Numbered from the stretch's first letter, positions 1 through 10,366 are shown. The stretch is DNA of 64,000 bases from a virus (IMGVR_UViG_3300021375_000014:31950-95949); one strand, 5' to 3'. Notes: generated by a model from the letters alone, not told the origin. A program made the numbers and translations.

Positions 1-25
1 TGTATAAGTTAGATAGGAAATCATC

Positions 26-223
26 ATGCACAAGAAAAACAGTTATTTCTTCAAAACAAAAGAAGAGGCTCTTTCGTATATCAAAGGTTTCAATACAAAA
101 GAAACTGGGCGGCCAGACCGCGACACATACATCCGTGGACCATTTGCGCACGATAGTGGCCATGACGCTGACGATCCAAATCGTCAAGTTGGATTTGTTG
201 TTCATGTAGAAAAATATAGTTGA
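26..223 (+). CDS. small hypothetical early protein
   Basis: 65-aa ORF with AGGA RBS upstream. Confidence 0.6.
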   Translation: MHKKNSYFFKTKEEALSYIKGFNTKETGRPDRDTYIRGPFAHDSGHDADDPNRQVGFVVHVEKYS

Positions 224-234
224 AGACGGGTTTT

Positions 235-396
235 ATGATTTATACTTGGCAAATATTCTACAATGATATCTTTCTTGGATATCAATATGCAATGACTGAA
301 TACTCAGCCCGAGAAAAGGCATTTATGACGGGTGGCAGTGCTAGTAAATATACTGGCGCCAATTTAGATAATATAAAAGTAGTGAGAATAAATTAA
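235..396 (+). CDS. small hypothetical protein (53 aa, not in ORF track)
   Basis: ATG235..TAA396, MIYTWQIFYNDIFLGYQYAMTEYSAREKAF...; fills the gap between neighbours. Confidence 0.55.
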   Translation: MIYTWQIFYNDIFLGYQYAMTEYSAREKAFMTGGSASKYTGANLDNIKVVRIN

Positions 397-414
397 TGTC
401 ATTGAAAAAGAATA

Positions 415-443
415 TTGACAACCCCGACGAATCACTTTATACT
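415..443 (+). promoter_or_regulatory. sigma70-type early promoter with CGAATCA in spacer
   Basis: TTGACA(415-420)-17 nt-TATACT(438-443). Confidence 0.8.
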
Positions 444-474
444 AGTTAAGTAATCAAAAGAAAGAGAAGATAAT

Positions 475-669
475 ATGAATATTATAGATTTCACAAAAGT
501 AACTGATATTGAATTTGAAGGCGTTGACATGGCAGACTATCCTAAGTTCTGCGATGCGTATATTGAATCTGCTGTTATCAATGGCGTTGAAGCCACAGAA
601 GAAGAACTTGACGTAATCAACAATGACTATTCGTTTGTTTACGAAAAACTACAGGAATGGTTGTATTAA
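475..669 (+). CDS. small acidic hypothetical phage protein
   Basis: 64-aa ORF directly after the promoter, purine-rich RBS. Confidence 0.7.
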   Translation: MNIIDFTKVTDIEFEGVDMADYPKFCDAYIESAVINGVEATEEELDVINNDYSFVYEKLQEWLY

Positions 670-672
670 ATC

Positions 673-701
673 TTGACAATCATTACGAATCACTATATAA
701 A
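673..701 (+). promoter_or_regulatory. sigma70-type early promoter with CGAATCA in spacer
   Basis: TTGACA(673-678)-17 nt-TATAAA(696-701). Confidence 0.75.
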
Positions 702-734
702 GAGTGCATAAGTTAGATAGTTAAGGAGAACATT

Positions 735-887
735 ATGTGGTCAGTAGCAGCGAAGAACTTTGGTGAAAATGCAGACAGTATGCATGTCAGTGGGTTAACA
801 TATGAAAATGCACGTGCATTACATTCCAGTCTTAGTAACAGTGGTGAATGGGCTGAAGTTCGTAGTTACAAAGTGGAGGCAGTATAA
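735..887 (+). CDS. small hypothetical protein (50 aa, not in ORF track)
   Basis: AAGGAG RBS, ATG735..TAA887 overlapping the next ATG (TAATG coupling). Confidence 0.7.
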   Translation: MWSVAAKNFGENADSMHVSGLTYENARALHSSLSNSGEWAEVRSYKVEAV

Positions 888-1084
888 TGGATGCTACATT
901 CGCTTGGTTTTGCAATGATATGATTAATCTAACCTATAGATCAGAAAACAAAAAAGAAAGCGGTGAAATTGATTGGAATTTTGTCGATAGCGATCTTTTC
1001 GAAAAGTGGCAAGTTCTCTTAGACGGAGAAACATATTCTGAATATTTTGATCGTGCGGCTGATATGGTGGAGAATATACAATGA
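887..1084 (+). CDS. hypothetical protein
   Basis: 65-aa ORF, GGAGG RBS, coupled on both sides. Confidence 0.7.
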   Translation: MDATFAWFCNDMINLTYRSENKKESGEIDWNFVDSDLFEKWQVLLDGETYSEYFDRAADMVENIQ

Positions 1085-1824
1085 TTGATCCTATTAAATT
1101 TTGTAATCCCGAATTAAAAGAAAATGGTGCTTATATTAAACCAAAAACAAAACAAGAAGTTCTTGCTTTGGCAATTGCAGCACAACGTATTAACGGCGAA
1201 TATTTAAAACGTGGCGGAAAGTCAGACTTTGTTACTAGAATCGAAGATGGTGAAAAAGTCCAACGATACACACGTATTAAAGAAAGCAATCGACATGTTA
1301 TTCAAACATTAGAAGAGGTAGTTCCAAATATTCTAGAAGATACTGAGTTATTGAATGCCGCACAATCAATGCTTGATAATCTGAATATGGAATTTATGTT
1401 CAAAGTTCTCGGTGATAATATGAACGATTTTGAAACCAGTATTCATGAATTTTTGGCAGAAAATGATGATGAATTATATATTCAAAAGCATATGGGTATT
1501 ATCGCTTTTATTCCTGAATATGTAAAACGTGATACTAATAAAAAGAATTTAGAAGAACGTTCGGTTGGGTCTGAATACGTTGGAAGTAAAGGTGATAAAG
1601 TTACTATAGATATTGAGATTGTTTCCAAACGTCAGGCAACTGCCTGGGCTGGATGGAATGTAAATGCTATTACTTCCGATGGTAATCGCGTTTCATTCTT
1701 TACTACTAAAGATGATTTATCAGAAATGACTGGAATTTTTAGTATCACTGCAAAAGTTAAAGATTGCGGCACTGTTTGGGGCAATTCTGATATTAAAGAG
1801 ACCAGATTGAATTACGTGAAGTAA
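1081..1824 (+). CDS. hypothetical protein with probable C-terminal OB-fold-like domain
   Basis: 247 aa; C-terminal YVGSKGDKVTIDIEIV...ITAKVK...TRLNYVK pattern. Confidence 0.6.
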   Translation: MIDPIKFCNPELKENGAYIKPKTKQEVLALAIAAQRINGEYLKRGGKSDFVTRIEDGEKVQRYTRIKESNRHVIQTLEEVVPNILEDTELLNAAQSMLDNLNMEFMFKVLGDNMNDFETSIHEFLAENDDELYIQKHMGIIAFIPEYVKRDTNKKNLEERSVGSEYVGSKGDKVTIDIEIVSKRQATAWAGWNVNAITSDGNRVSFFTTKDDLSEMTGIFSITAKVKDCGTVWGNSDIKETRLNYVK

Positions 1825-1831
1825 TAAGAAT

Positions 1832-2815
1832 TTATAAATCAATACAATTAGAAAAATGATGCGCTATCTTTTTATGATAGACAGGACTAGGATGTAAAAC
1901 CCAATTATTAAAGTCATGATATATATTTTCATTATCTGGTAAAAATATATCATTGATTGATATATCTGATTTTAAATTCAAAGGAGCCAAATCTCTGCCA
2001 GCCCCATATTTACAAAAAGGTTCACTAGCGTCAATAAACCATGGCTTTTCTATATTATAGTTAATATTATAATTCCTGCATATATCTTTTATACTATTAT
2101 GATAAAAATCATACTTGTCAGATTCTTGTAGTAGGTACGTTTGAATTTCTTTAAAAGAATATCCATGTTCACTTATTTTAAATTTCAGTGTTCCCAAATC
2201 ATTATTGCGTTTCTTTAGATCATCCAATGTATCGATCATTAATGGTCTATAAAAAGTATTCCCATCATACGTTCTTTTATGTTCCGCTCTTCCCTCAAAG
2301 AATCCAAGATTTATAATATCACTAGGAGGGTAATCAACATGTTTTATCCAATTTAATAAAATTCTATAAGCAGTGTTTATACCAGTACCACTAAGTCCAT
2401 AATTAATTACTTTTCGTTCCGTATAGTTCTGTAATTGATTTGTCCATCTTCTATTTTCGGGTACCCCTATACCTTCAGTAAAACTACAACCAAAGCACCA
2501 TATTTCATTTTGTGTATTATTTTTTGTATAATCGAAACTGCTTCGGAAGTCATAATTATTGTAACTATATTTCCATTTACAAAATTCATCTACAGTGTAG
2601 TTGTCAATGCCAATTGTAAAAATTTCTTTCAATTTATCTTTATATGATTGTTCATGTTTTAGAACTGATTCGATAGTTCTCTCTTCGTCATTTCTATTAT
2701 TACTGAATTTACCGTGCGATGTCTTTTGTTCTATTAATATATCTTTGCTCGTTACTTTTCTTCCAAAATCTGGATATATTCCACGTGCGTACAGTTCAAA
2801 CTTCATTTCTAACAC
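1832..2815 (-). CDS. SGNH/GDSL hydrolase-like protein
   Basis: FGCSFTEG (block I), NYGLSGTG (block II), C-terminal HP; ATG at 2806 is an alternative start. Confidence 0.6.
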   Translation of the reverse strand: MLEMKFELYARGIYPDFGRKVTSKDILIEQKTSHGKFSNNRNDEERTIESVLKHEQSYKDKLKEIFTIGIDNYTVDEFCKWKYSYNNYDFRSSFDYTKNNTQNEIWCFGCSFTEGIGVPENRRWTNQLQNYTERKVINYGLSGTGINTAYRILLNWIKHVDYPPSDIINLGFFEGRAEHKRTYDGNTFYRPLMIDTLDDLKKRNNDLGTLKFKISEHGYSFKEIQTYLLQESDKYDFYHNSIKDICRNYNINYNIEKPWFIDASEPFCKYGAGRDLAPLNLKSDISINDIFLPDNENIYHDFNNWVLHPSPVYHKKIAHHFSNCIDL

Positions 2816-2858
2816 TTTCGCTGGTAAAAATATAGGTTTCTAAGTTTTTTTCTAAAAT

Positions 2859-3656
2859 TCATATATCTATCAACAAATTTTTATTTTTTTCATTAACAGG
2901 TAGATTAGTTATTCGTAATAATTCATCAATATGAATGTTTTTACTTTTTAGCATTTCATCGAACATCTCATACTCACTTAGTTTTGTAACTTTTTTGGAA
3001 TCCAAATTTGAATTATCCAGGAGGGTATTTGCATCATATTGTTCATGTAAATTGTCATAATCCAATCCAAAAATTTCCAAGTCTTTTGTTGTAAATATTA
3101 AGTCTTCGTACCAAATATTAGTTACTTCATATTTTTTTGTTAAATTGTACCAATGACTAATTAATTTACAGATATAAATTATATCTTTTACTTCTACACT
3201 GAGATGGTCAAATTCTTGTATATCAATTTCGTGTATAACATTCCATACTCCTGTCTGTTTACTTTTTAAAAATGAAATTACTGTATGTTTCCAATTTTTT
3301 CTACCAATAGAAAATAAATTAGTAGTGTCACGTATAGTTTGATAGTCCATTTCAAACATTAAGTCATTTATTATTATTTTCCAAACAGTATATATATCTT
3401 TTTCGTTATAATCATATAAACTCTTTACTACAGTGTTAGTAGTAGTCACATCTCTATAATTTTTTACTTCTCCTGGATTCCAATCTACATCTGTAATTAA
3501 GTCGTTAGTAAACACAAAGTTGCCACCAAAATCAGGTCCGCTGTGGCGAAATCTAGGATAAAATCGCATGTTAAAATAACGCTGTAACAAATACATCAAA
3601 TACGTTGATCCAGATCTTGGATGTGCTAATAGAACAAATTGTTTATAATTCTTCAT
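2859..3656 (-). CDS. sulfotransferase-like protein
   Basis: N-terminal HPRSGSTYL PAPS-binding loop, R-x7-S motif, WYEDL. Confidence 0.6.
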   Translation of the reverse strand: MKNYKQFVLLAHPRSGSTYLMYLLQRYFNMRFYPRFRHSGPDFGGNFVFTNDLITDVDWNPGEVKNYRDVTTTNTVVKSLYDYNEKDIYTVWKIIINDLMFEMDYQTIRDTTNLFSIGRKNWKHTVISFLKSKQTGVWNVIHEIDIQEFDHLSVEVKDIIYICKLISHWYNLTKKYEVTNIWYEDLIFTTKDLEIFGLDYDNLHEQYDANTLLDNSNLDSKKVTKLSEYEMFDEMLKSKNIHIDELLRITNLPVNEKNKNLLIDI

Positions 3657-4297
3657 TTGTAATACCTATATAAAGTCTGTGCTAATTCAAATTCTTCACG
3701 CACATCAATGTCAATTGCTTCAAATTGGTTCATAGTAAAATATTCAAACTCCAGAGGTATCATATATTTAGCTTCACGCAAGTCTTGCATTTTACACACT
3801 GTCCCTGCATAAGGGAACATATATACTGGATCAATGCCCTGGCTATATGGGTGCCATAAACCGAATGAAAAGTTAATAGGACGCTTATTCACATCCAAAT
3901 AATAATGAGTACTTGCATGTACTGCTATTTGATTTTTACCACTATATATATAGGCATCATATAATTCTTTATAACGATTAAATAATGGACAACACACAAA
4001 AGTATAAACAACATCTTGGTTATCGTCAACTGGAACATCATTATATATTTGCTCTAGTACATATGAAAATCTTGTAACATTATTACAATACTTCGCATCT
4101 CGGTGAATATAAGTTACATTTTCAGTATCTGAAACTTCTTTATCATCTGTACTTATGTAAACGTGTTCTGCTCCTGCTGCGAATAATTGTTCTAGTTTAA
4201 TGTCTACCAGTGTTTTGTCACCATCAAATATATTGTGATGCTTACCTGGTAGTCGATCACTTGTCTTTTTGTAATTTGTTACTCCTACAAATCCCAT
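3653..4297 (-). CDS. acylneuraminate/KDO-type cytidylyltransferase (NeuA-like)
   Basis: KKTSDRLPGKH, ISTDD, C-terminal IDIDVREEF. Confidence 0.75.
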   Translation of the reverse strand: MGFVGVTNYKKTSDRLPGKHHNIFDGDKTLVDIKLEQLFAAGAEHVYISTDDKEVSDTENVTYIHRDAKYCNNVTRFSYVLEQIYNDVPVDDNQDVVYTFVCCPLFNRYKELYDAYIYSGKNQIAVHASTHYYLDVNKRPINFSFGLWHPYSQGIDPVYMFPYAGTVCKMQDLREAKYMIPLEFEYFTMNQFEAIDIDVREEFELAQTLYRYYK

Positions 4298-4298
4298 T

Positions 4299-5186
4299 TT
4301 AATATCTTTCTATAAAACAATTATTGTTACCATATTCTAATAATCTGCGAACCAATATCGGGTCATCCGTTATTTTAAATTTTGTTTCTTTTTTCATACC
4401 AGGGAATGTGACACGTACTGTATCACTATCATCCGGTAATATGACATTGCAATTTTCTGCAAATCGTACTAAGTCAAAGTCCGGATCTCTTACATATCCT
4501 CGCTGATCAGGCTGACTCCAACCATCATGATAACTATAAAGATGCAAATGAGATACTAACCCTTCGATTTTTTCAATGAATCCCAACAGTTTTCCATCAT
4601 AACTAGATTCTAGTTGTGATATGGTAGTTATATATTTATTAACATCAATAGTATTAATTGGTATGTTAATACGACTATTATCTTTGGGTATCATTACTAT
4701 AACTCGTAGCGGCTTATCTATTATCTGGTGTGCTTGTGCTAACGTACTGCCTGGATGAATAGTGTTATGGACAATATTACTCAAGACTGGTGGCGACTTG
4801 ACTTCGGTATTAACTAATTCAGATGCTAACAATACAAGTCTTAAAAAACGACTGAATAGATTATTGTAATCTTCCTGGTCGAGGGTATCAATTATTTCAA
4901 GGTCTTTAAGAAAACTTAATCCAGTTAACACTCCATTACCACTAGGTATACTATGATACTTTTCTTGAAGATTACCCAAATTCCACAAGTAACTCATATT
5001 ATATTTCCTTGCATCAATAAAACAATCTAGTAAGGTAAATTCATCCAATACCTGTAGCCAATCTGCGTATGTTGGCTGTGCTACAGTTCTCCAACTATGC
5101 GAGGGATGAGATAATAATGCATAATCTACATCATCATCTCTTCTGTTTAGAAAAATATCATTAAATAATTTATTTTCATCATTCAT
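4299..5186 (-). CDS. hypothetical protein
   Basis: ORF track 4299..5234; likely start ATG5186 overlapping the upstream stop. Confidence 0.6.
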   Translation of the reverse strand: MNDENKLFNDIFLNRRDDDVDYALLSHPSHSWRTVAQPTYADWLQVLDEFTLLDCFIDARKYNMSYLWNLGNLQEKYHSIPSGNGVLTGLSFLKDLEIIDTLDQEDYNNLFSRFLRLVLLASELVNTEVKSPPVLSNIVHNTIHPGSTLAQAHQIIDKPLRVIVMIPKDNSRINIPINTIDVNKYITTISQLESSYDGKLLGFIEKIEGLVSHLHLYSYHDGWSQPDQRGYVRDPDFDLVRFAENCNVILPDDSDTVRVTFPGMKKETKFKITDDPILVRRLLEYGNNNCFIERY

Positions 5187-7323
5187 TATGTAGAGTAATC
5201 CCATCAAATTCTGATATATTACCAGATGCTTCAAATACTTGTTTTTCGAATGACATGTCTTCTCTTTTTATTTCATAATGTTCTATCGTTTTATCATCAT
5301 TCTGTGCAACGTGTTCAAACTTATACCAGCATTTAAATTCATAATCTCCGTTGTCATTGACATTCCATGATGCTTCACCCGATAACATTGTGGCAAGGTT
5401 CATACCAAATTCTTCCATATCTAATTCTGGATCCCATATCATTTTAAAACTATGACCACCAAACGCTTTATACATAATCCACATATGAGGTAGATTTTCG
5501 TTTGCTAAACTTGCAGCAAATTGAACTTGTATGTGGTCATGCTTGAATTTATTAAAATCTTGCTTGTCCTGTTGCGGAATATAATCTACATATTTTCCTG
5601 GATTATTCCATTTAAAATCTACAAACTTATCAAATCCGGGGCGGCTCTGGGCATTGATTACTGAGCCTTCTGCTTCATTAACACACATAGATAGCCATTG
5701 GTTCACGTATTTTAATCTAATTGCACGATGCAGGACGGTATTTTCATATCCATGGGTATACCAATTACTCATAAATTTATTATCCCACGGCTTTTCATTC
5801 CATGCTATATTATAGTCTTTCCAATTCTTATTCATATCACTAAGAGGTGCATCGCCACAAGTCATACCAGGGCTAATAACAGTTACCCAATTTCTAGTAT
5901 TATATAATACATGTAGGCTATGACACCAATCGGCAGTAGTTTCAGTAGGAAAACCTATTACCCAGTTTACATGATTTTCAATATTTGCAATTCTGGCGTC
6001 ACGCAGATTGTCTTCTATTTCCCAAACTTTAATTTTCTTCTTCATTTCGTCTAATACTTTTTCGCTTCCACTTTCAACTCCAAAACTTAATAGACTACAG
6101 CCACTTGCTTTAATTTTATGAAAGAAATCCAAATCCATTCTACCGTCACACCTTGCATAACTATTCCATCGTATATCCATTTTTCTTTCAATGATTTGGT
6201 CCACTAAGTCTCTAAAACTTTTCAAGTTGCCGTTAACTAAACTATCAACAAACCAAAATCTATTTGTTCCATATGTATCAATTTGATGCTGCATTTCATC
6301 AATAACATTATGACTGTCACGTGATCGAAATTTCCAAAAATGCGTCTCACTGCAGAAACTACACAATGCAATACAACCTCTGCTAGTTTCTATACTTACT
6401 CCACCCTGCGTAGTATATTCATTGAGATTATAGTCACTGTAATCTGGAAATGGCAGTTGATTAAGGTCTAATCTGCTTTTGACCCCGCCAAAATCATAAG
6501 GGCCTTCTGCTATTGGATAGTCACGATGATTGTCTAAAAAGCCTAAAAGCATTTCTTCTCCTTCGCCTATAATACGAACATCAAATGAATTTATTATATC
6601 AACCAAATGCTCGAGGTGACGATGCTCGGGATTAGGATCTCTATCATCTAGCCAGTCTTGAAAGGATTCTGGACCACCTATTATTATGCATATCTCAGGT
6701 GCTAATCTTTTTAATTCTTTCATCATATATGAGGTAGGTAGAAGATTGGTTGCATACATACTAAATCCAACAAATTGAGAACCATCAGCAATTATCTGCT
6801 GTATAGTTTCATCAAGTAACGGTTTGAGTGCATCTCTAATATAATTATCATAATTAGGGACCTGCCAATGATCCCAATAAATTGCATCCCACGGATCATA
6901 ATTTAACATTCTTTTAAGATGATGATATGCTTTTATATTTGTATCATGTACATTAACTTCATATCCGTTATGTCGAAGCAACGCAGATAATCGTGCAGCA
7001 TTATATGGGGGGAAGACAACACCCCATGCAGGACATACAACAAATGATATTTTACTATCAGCAAGTGGTTTGTTTAGGGAACTCCAATATTGATATTTAA
7101 TATCTGATTCGTGTTGTAGTGACCACGGTATATATTTCTTTTCAACATCCGGATTGTCTAGTTTGCCAAGATGACTATTAGCATGCCGCATTTCTTCTTC
7201 ATGCTGAATAACACTCAGAACAATTTGATCTCTATCTTCACTATCAAAATTAAATTTTGTGCGCTTTAGATTTTTTGTTGGAGTAGTCTGCAAGTTTTGT
7301 TCTTTGTTTTCTTTGTTCGGCAT
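5179..7323 (-). CDS. B12-binding domain radical SAM protein (class B methyltransferase-like)
   Basis: PPYNAARLSALL, VGFS, IIIGGP, GEGE (cobalamin-binding domain) then ETSRGCIALCSFC, FGVESGS. Confidence 0.85.
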   Translation of the reverse strand: MPNKENKEQNLQTTPTKNLKRTKFNFDSEDRDQIVLSVIQHEEEMRHANSHLGKLDNPDVEKKYIPWSLQHESDIKYQYWSSLNKPLADSKISFVVCPAWGVVFPPYNAARLSALLRHNGYEVNVHDTNIKAYHHLKRMLNYDPWDAIYWDHWQVPNYDNYIRDALKPLLDETIQQIIADGSQFVGFSMYATNLLPTSYMMKELKRLAPEICIIIGGPESFQDWLDDRDPNPEHRHLEHLVDIINSFDVRIIGEGEEMLLGFLDNHRDYPIAEGPYDFGGVKSRLDLNQLPFPDYSDYNLNEYTTQGGVSIETSRGCIALCSFCSETHFWKFRSRDSHNVIDEMQHQIDTYGTNRFWFVDSLVNGNLKSFRDLVDQIIERKMDIRWNSYARCDGRMDLDFFHKIKASGCSLLSFGVESGSEKVLDEMKKKIKVWEIEDNLRDARIANIENHVNWVIGFPTETTADWCHSLHVLYNTRNWVTVISPGMTCGDAPLSDMNKNWKDYNIAWNEKPWDNKFMSNWYTHGYENTVLHRAIRLKYVNQWLSMCVNEAEGSVINAQSRPGFDKFVDFKWNNPGKYVDYIPQQDKQDFNKFKHDHIQVQFAASLANENLPHMWIMYKAFGGHSFKMIWDPELDMEEFGMNLATMLSGEASWNVNDNGDYEFKCWYKFEHVAQNDDKTIEHYEIKREDMSFEKQVFEASGNISEFDGITLHNE

Positions 7324-8986
7324 TATTCATTCTCTCTATGGCGCCTGCTAGGTCAGGTAAACTTTCTTTCCAATCTTCGTTTCGTAACTTATCTAATTTT
7401 ATAGTTGTTTCTTTAAATTTATTCCAAATTTTACTATCTGGTTCTTTACTCCACATTTGCGCTAATACTTGACGTAATGAATGTTCAGTAATTTCACACC
7501 ATAACATACCATGCGTAGTACATCTTGCATCAGGCCAACGTTTCCATATATGACTGATAAATCTATTATATAATTCATCAACCTCTTGCTTTAGCCTGTC
7601 GGGTAAATGGTGTATACTATATTCTTCAGGTCCGTAAACCAAATGTACATGAATTTCATTGTTAAGTCTAGTATAATTTTGTTCCTTCATCCAATACATA
7701 AAATCCGGTAAATGAAATACATTCATTACACTACATGTAAGAGTTATTTTGCCTGTTAAGTTGTCTAGTCCTGTCGCAGTATCAATCTCATTGAGAATGC
7801 GTTCAGTTTTATTCCACTTACCAGGATGTCGGATATATTCAAAATGACTATACATCCCGTCTAAACTAAGTCCCAATGAAACATCTTTAAATTGTTTCCA
7901 TAATTTAAAATAACTTTTAGTACTTGCTGCTGCATTAGTGTTATATTCTAAGGTAACATTCTTGGAATGTCCAGCATCTATTATATTTTCTAAAAGTTCT
8001 TTATGTTTATGATTGATGGTAGGTTCGCCACCAGTAAAGTAAATTCGTTTAATATCAGTAATATTATTATTAATATCGCTCCATAATCTAGAATCTTCGT
8101 ACCAACTTTTCATATGTGGTATTTCAAGTTGTCCTTTTTTATTTGTTATAATTGCAGCTTTTTCGCCGTCTAAATCAATTATAATATTAGTGTTGCCATC
8201 GTCTTCTTGAATAGATTTATAATCTTTATACCACAAGTCACTATTTGATGGGCCACAAGTTCTACATTTTAGATTACACTTATTGCCAAATCTCAAATCC
8301 CACCATTCAATAGGAAAGTCAGCATGGGATATCGTACCGTCTTCATCTGTCATATCAAGTGCTTTTGCCATTGTATCTGGAAATGATTGATTGGCATATG
8401 CGCGCCTAGAAGACGGTATATTTGTATCGGATGAATCTTCTTCTTCCCAACATAGTTTACAAACAGAACTTCGTTTTCCTTTAAGCATGTCACTTCTGAC
8501 TGTTTTCCACAACTTTGCATTACGATGCTCCGAAATGTTGTCATTGTAGTTTAGTAATCTACCGTCATCTTTTTTTATCAATCCTACATTTGATAGTGAA
8601 TCATTAAAAATCATTTGGCAACACGCTCTGATTGTACCGTTTGCATTTGTTCCAGCATGAACCCAAGGAATACTACAAAATGTTTTATGCATTGGGTGGG
8701 ATTTATCTACTTGTTTAGGTTTAGAAGCCTCTAATTTTTTAAATTCTTTTAACCATGCAGCAAAATCAATATTACTATTTTTATATATCAATTTTTCTAT
8801 ATCATCATTGCAACGATCAGTATTCAACACAGCATATAATACTATCGGATCCGTGTCAAACTGAGCAACTGATTCTAACACATTTAGTGGACAATCTTCA
8901 TGTTCTACCATAGCAATACGTTCGGCTGCAGTACGTCTTATACTACTATCTAAATTAAACATGTTTTTATTAATTAAATCTACCAT
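7250..8986 (-). CDS. radical SAM protein with N-terminal Cys-rich (twitch/SPASM-like) domain
   Basis: CNLKCRTC, FTGGEP, YNTN; FCSIPW..ACC..CKLC upstream. Confidence 0.85.
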   Translation of the reverse strand: MVDLINKNMFNLDSSIRRTAAERIAMVEHEDCPLNVLESVAQFDTDPIVLYAVLNTDRCNDDIEKLIYKNSNIDFAAWLKEFKKLEASKPKQVDKSHPMHKTFCSIPWVHAGTNANGTIRACCQMIFNDSLSNVGLIKKDDGRLLNYNDNISEHRNAKLWKTVRSDMLKGKRSSVCKLCWEEEDSSDTNIPSSRRAYANQSFPDTMAKALDMTDEDGTISHADFPIEWWDLRFGNKCNLKCRTCGPSNSDLWYKDYKSIQEDDGNTNIIIDLDGEKAAIITNKKGQLEIPHMKSWYEDSRLWSDINNNITDIKRIYFTGGEPTINHKHKELLENIIDAGHSKNVTLEYNTNAAASTKSYFKLWKQFKDVSLGLSLDGMYSHFEYIRHPGKWNKTERILNEIDTATGLDNLTGKITLTCSVMNVFHLPDFMYWMKEQNYTRLNNEIHVHLVYGPEEYSIHHLPDRLKQEVDELYNRFISHIWKRWPDARCTTHGMLWCEITEHSLRQVLAQMWSKEPDSKIWNKFKETTIKLDKLRNEDWKESLPDLAGAIERMNNAEQRKQRTKLADYSNKKSKAHKI

Positions 8987-10366
8987 CTACTGTTCCTTAA
9001 AAAATTCTATTTCATTATCACTGTAATTTACAAGAGATTCCGAATTATTTATATCACGAATAGGAACTAAACTAAGTGAGCCCTTCATGCGTCCGTTTGC
9101 ACCAGGCGTATGCCACTGTGAAATATTGAGTATTTTATCACGCATTGTTTCTGCTCTTTCTAGAAATCCTGGTGGGGTCATTAGTTTTATCTCAAGCCAA
9201 TTATCTTCGTCAACTTTATCATGATGATCCATAATTATTTTACAATTTTCAATGAATCTTTCTTCGTTGCCTCGGTATAGATCCATACTAGCAAAATGTG
9301 CACTCATATTAACACTATTAATATATTTTATTGCTTCACTCCAGAATTTTGTACTTCGACTGCCATTTGTAGTTACCAATATCCATTGATTTCGAGACTT
9401 TAAATATTTTAAAATGTCAATGAATTGCGGATGCATTGTAGGTTCACCTCCACCAAAATTCCATCTGATTTGTTCGCCGTTGCCCCAATTATCGATAATC
9501 ATATCGATAGTATTTATAACAGTTTCATATGATGGAAACTTTTCAGTATTACTATGAACTGCCGGCCAACAATAGTCACATGCATAATTACATCGTCTTC
9601 CAATGTCCCATAAGATTTGATATGGAATAGGAAAGTTCATTTCTACTCCAACGCTTTCATCTATATTATCAGTGAGATAATTCTTGCCACCACGTTTAGT
9701 GCCATCATATTGATTATGTGTCACATCCAGTAACTTCATATGTTCTACGGTTTTTGCTTTACTTAAAATTACATCCGCACCGCAGCCACAACTCTTAAAA
9801 GGACAAACTGTATAATTTTCAGGTATATCAATACCTTCACGAATATTGCCTAACAACCCCCAATTTTTCGGTATGTCATCTAATGTACTTTCCCATTTCC
9901 ATGCACTTGCAGTTGTATCAATATTATCTGTTTGTATATTCTTTCCTAAATTCTTGAAAAAAGTTTCTTCTGCTTCTTTTAATGCATCTTGTAGTTTAAT
10001 ATGTTGTTCGCATGTTTCCCAACCGTTCTTAGGCAACGGCCAACCACCTATTGTATTTTCATTATACCATTCAATATGCGGATAAGAACCAAATATTCTT
10101 TCACGCTCAACCCTCCATCCTTCTACAGTTGTATCATGATGTGCAGTACTATTTCTATGACTACTGGCACAGTTGCCATTCCATATATTACCATCATAAT
10201 CTATATAAAGTCCACGCACTCCGGCACTACACTGCCATCCCTTCCATTTGTTATGTTCTCTTGCAATAGCCTCATCCACACTCATTCTAATAAACTTACC
10301 ATTCGTATCATACACACGTAGTTGTTTATTATCTAATGGAATCCGAGGATCTGATTTAATCGGCAT
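8987..10366 (-). CDS. radical SAM protein with N-terminal twitch-like domain
   Basis: CNYACDYC, GGGEPT, TTNGSR. Confidence 0.85.
   Translation of the reverse strand: MPIKSDPRIPLDNKQLRVYDTNGKFIRMSVDEAIAREHNKWKGWQCSAGVRGLYIDYDGNIWNGNCASSHRNSTAHHDTTVEGWRVERERIFGSYPHIEWYNENTIGGWPLPKNGWETCEQHIKLQDALKEAEETFFKNLGKNIQTDNIDTTASAWKWESTLDDIPKNWGLLGNIREGIDIPENYTVCPFKSCGCGADVILSKAKTVEHMKLLDVTHNQYDGTKRGGKNYLTDNIDESVGVEMNFPIPYQILWDIGRRCNYACDYCWPAVHSNTEKFPSYETVINTIDMIIDNWGNGEQIRWNFGGGEPTMHPQFIDILKYLKSRNQWILVTTNGSRSTKFWSEAIKYINSVNMSAHFASMDLYRGNEERFIENCKIIMDHHDKVDEDNWLEIKLMTPPGFLERAETMRDKILNISQWHTPGANGRMKGSLSLVPIRDINNSESLVNYSDNEIEFFKEQ

Noticed and set aside
2809-2862. Frameshifted start for the SGNH gene from coupled ATG2862
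   Set aside because: No canonical slippery heptamer; in-frame starts exist at 2815 and 2806
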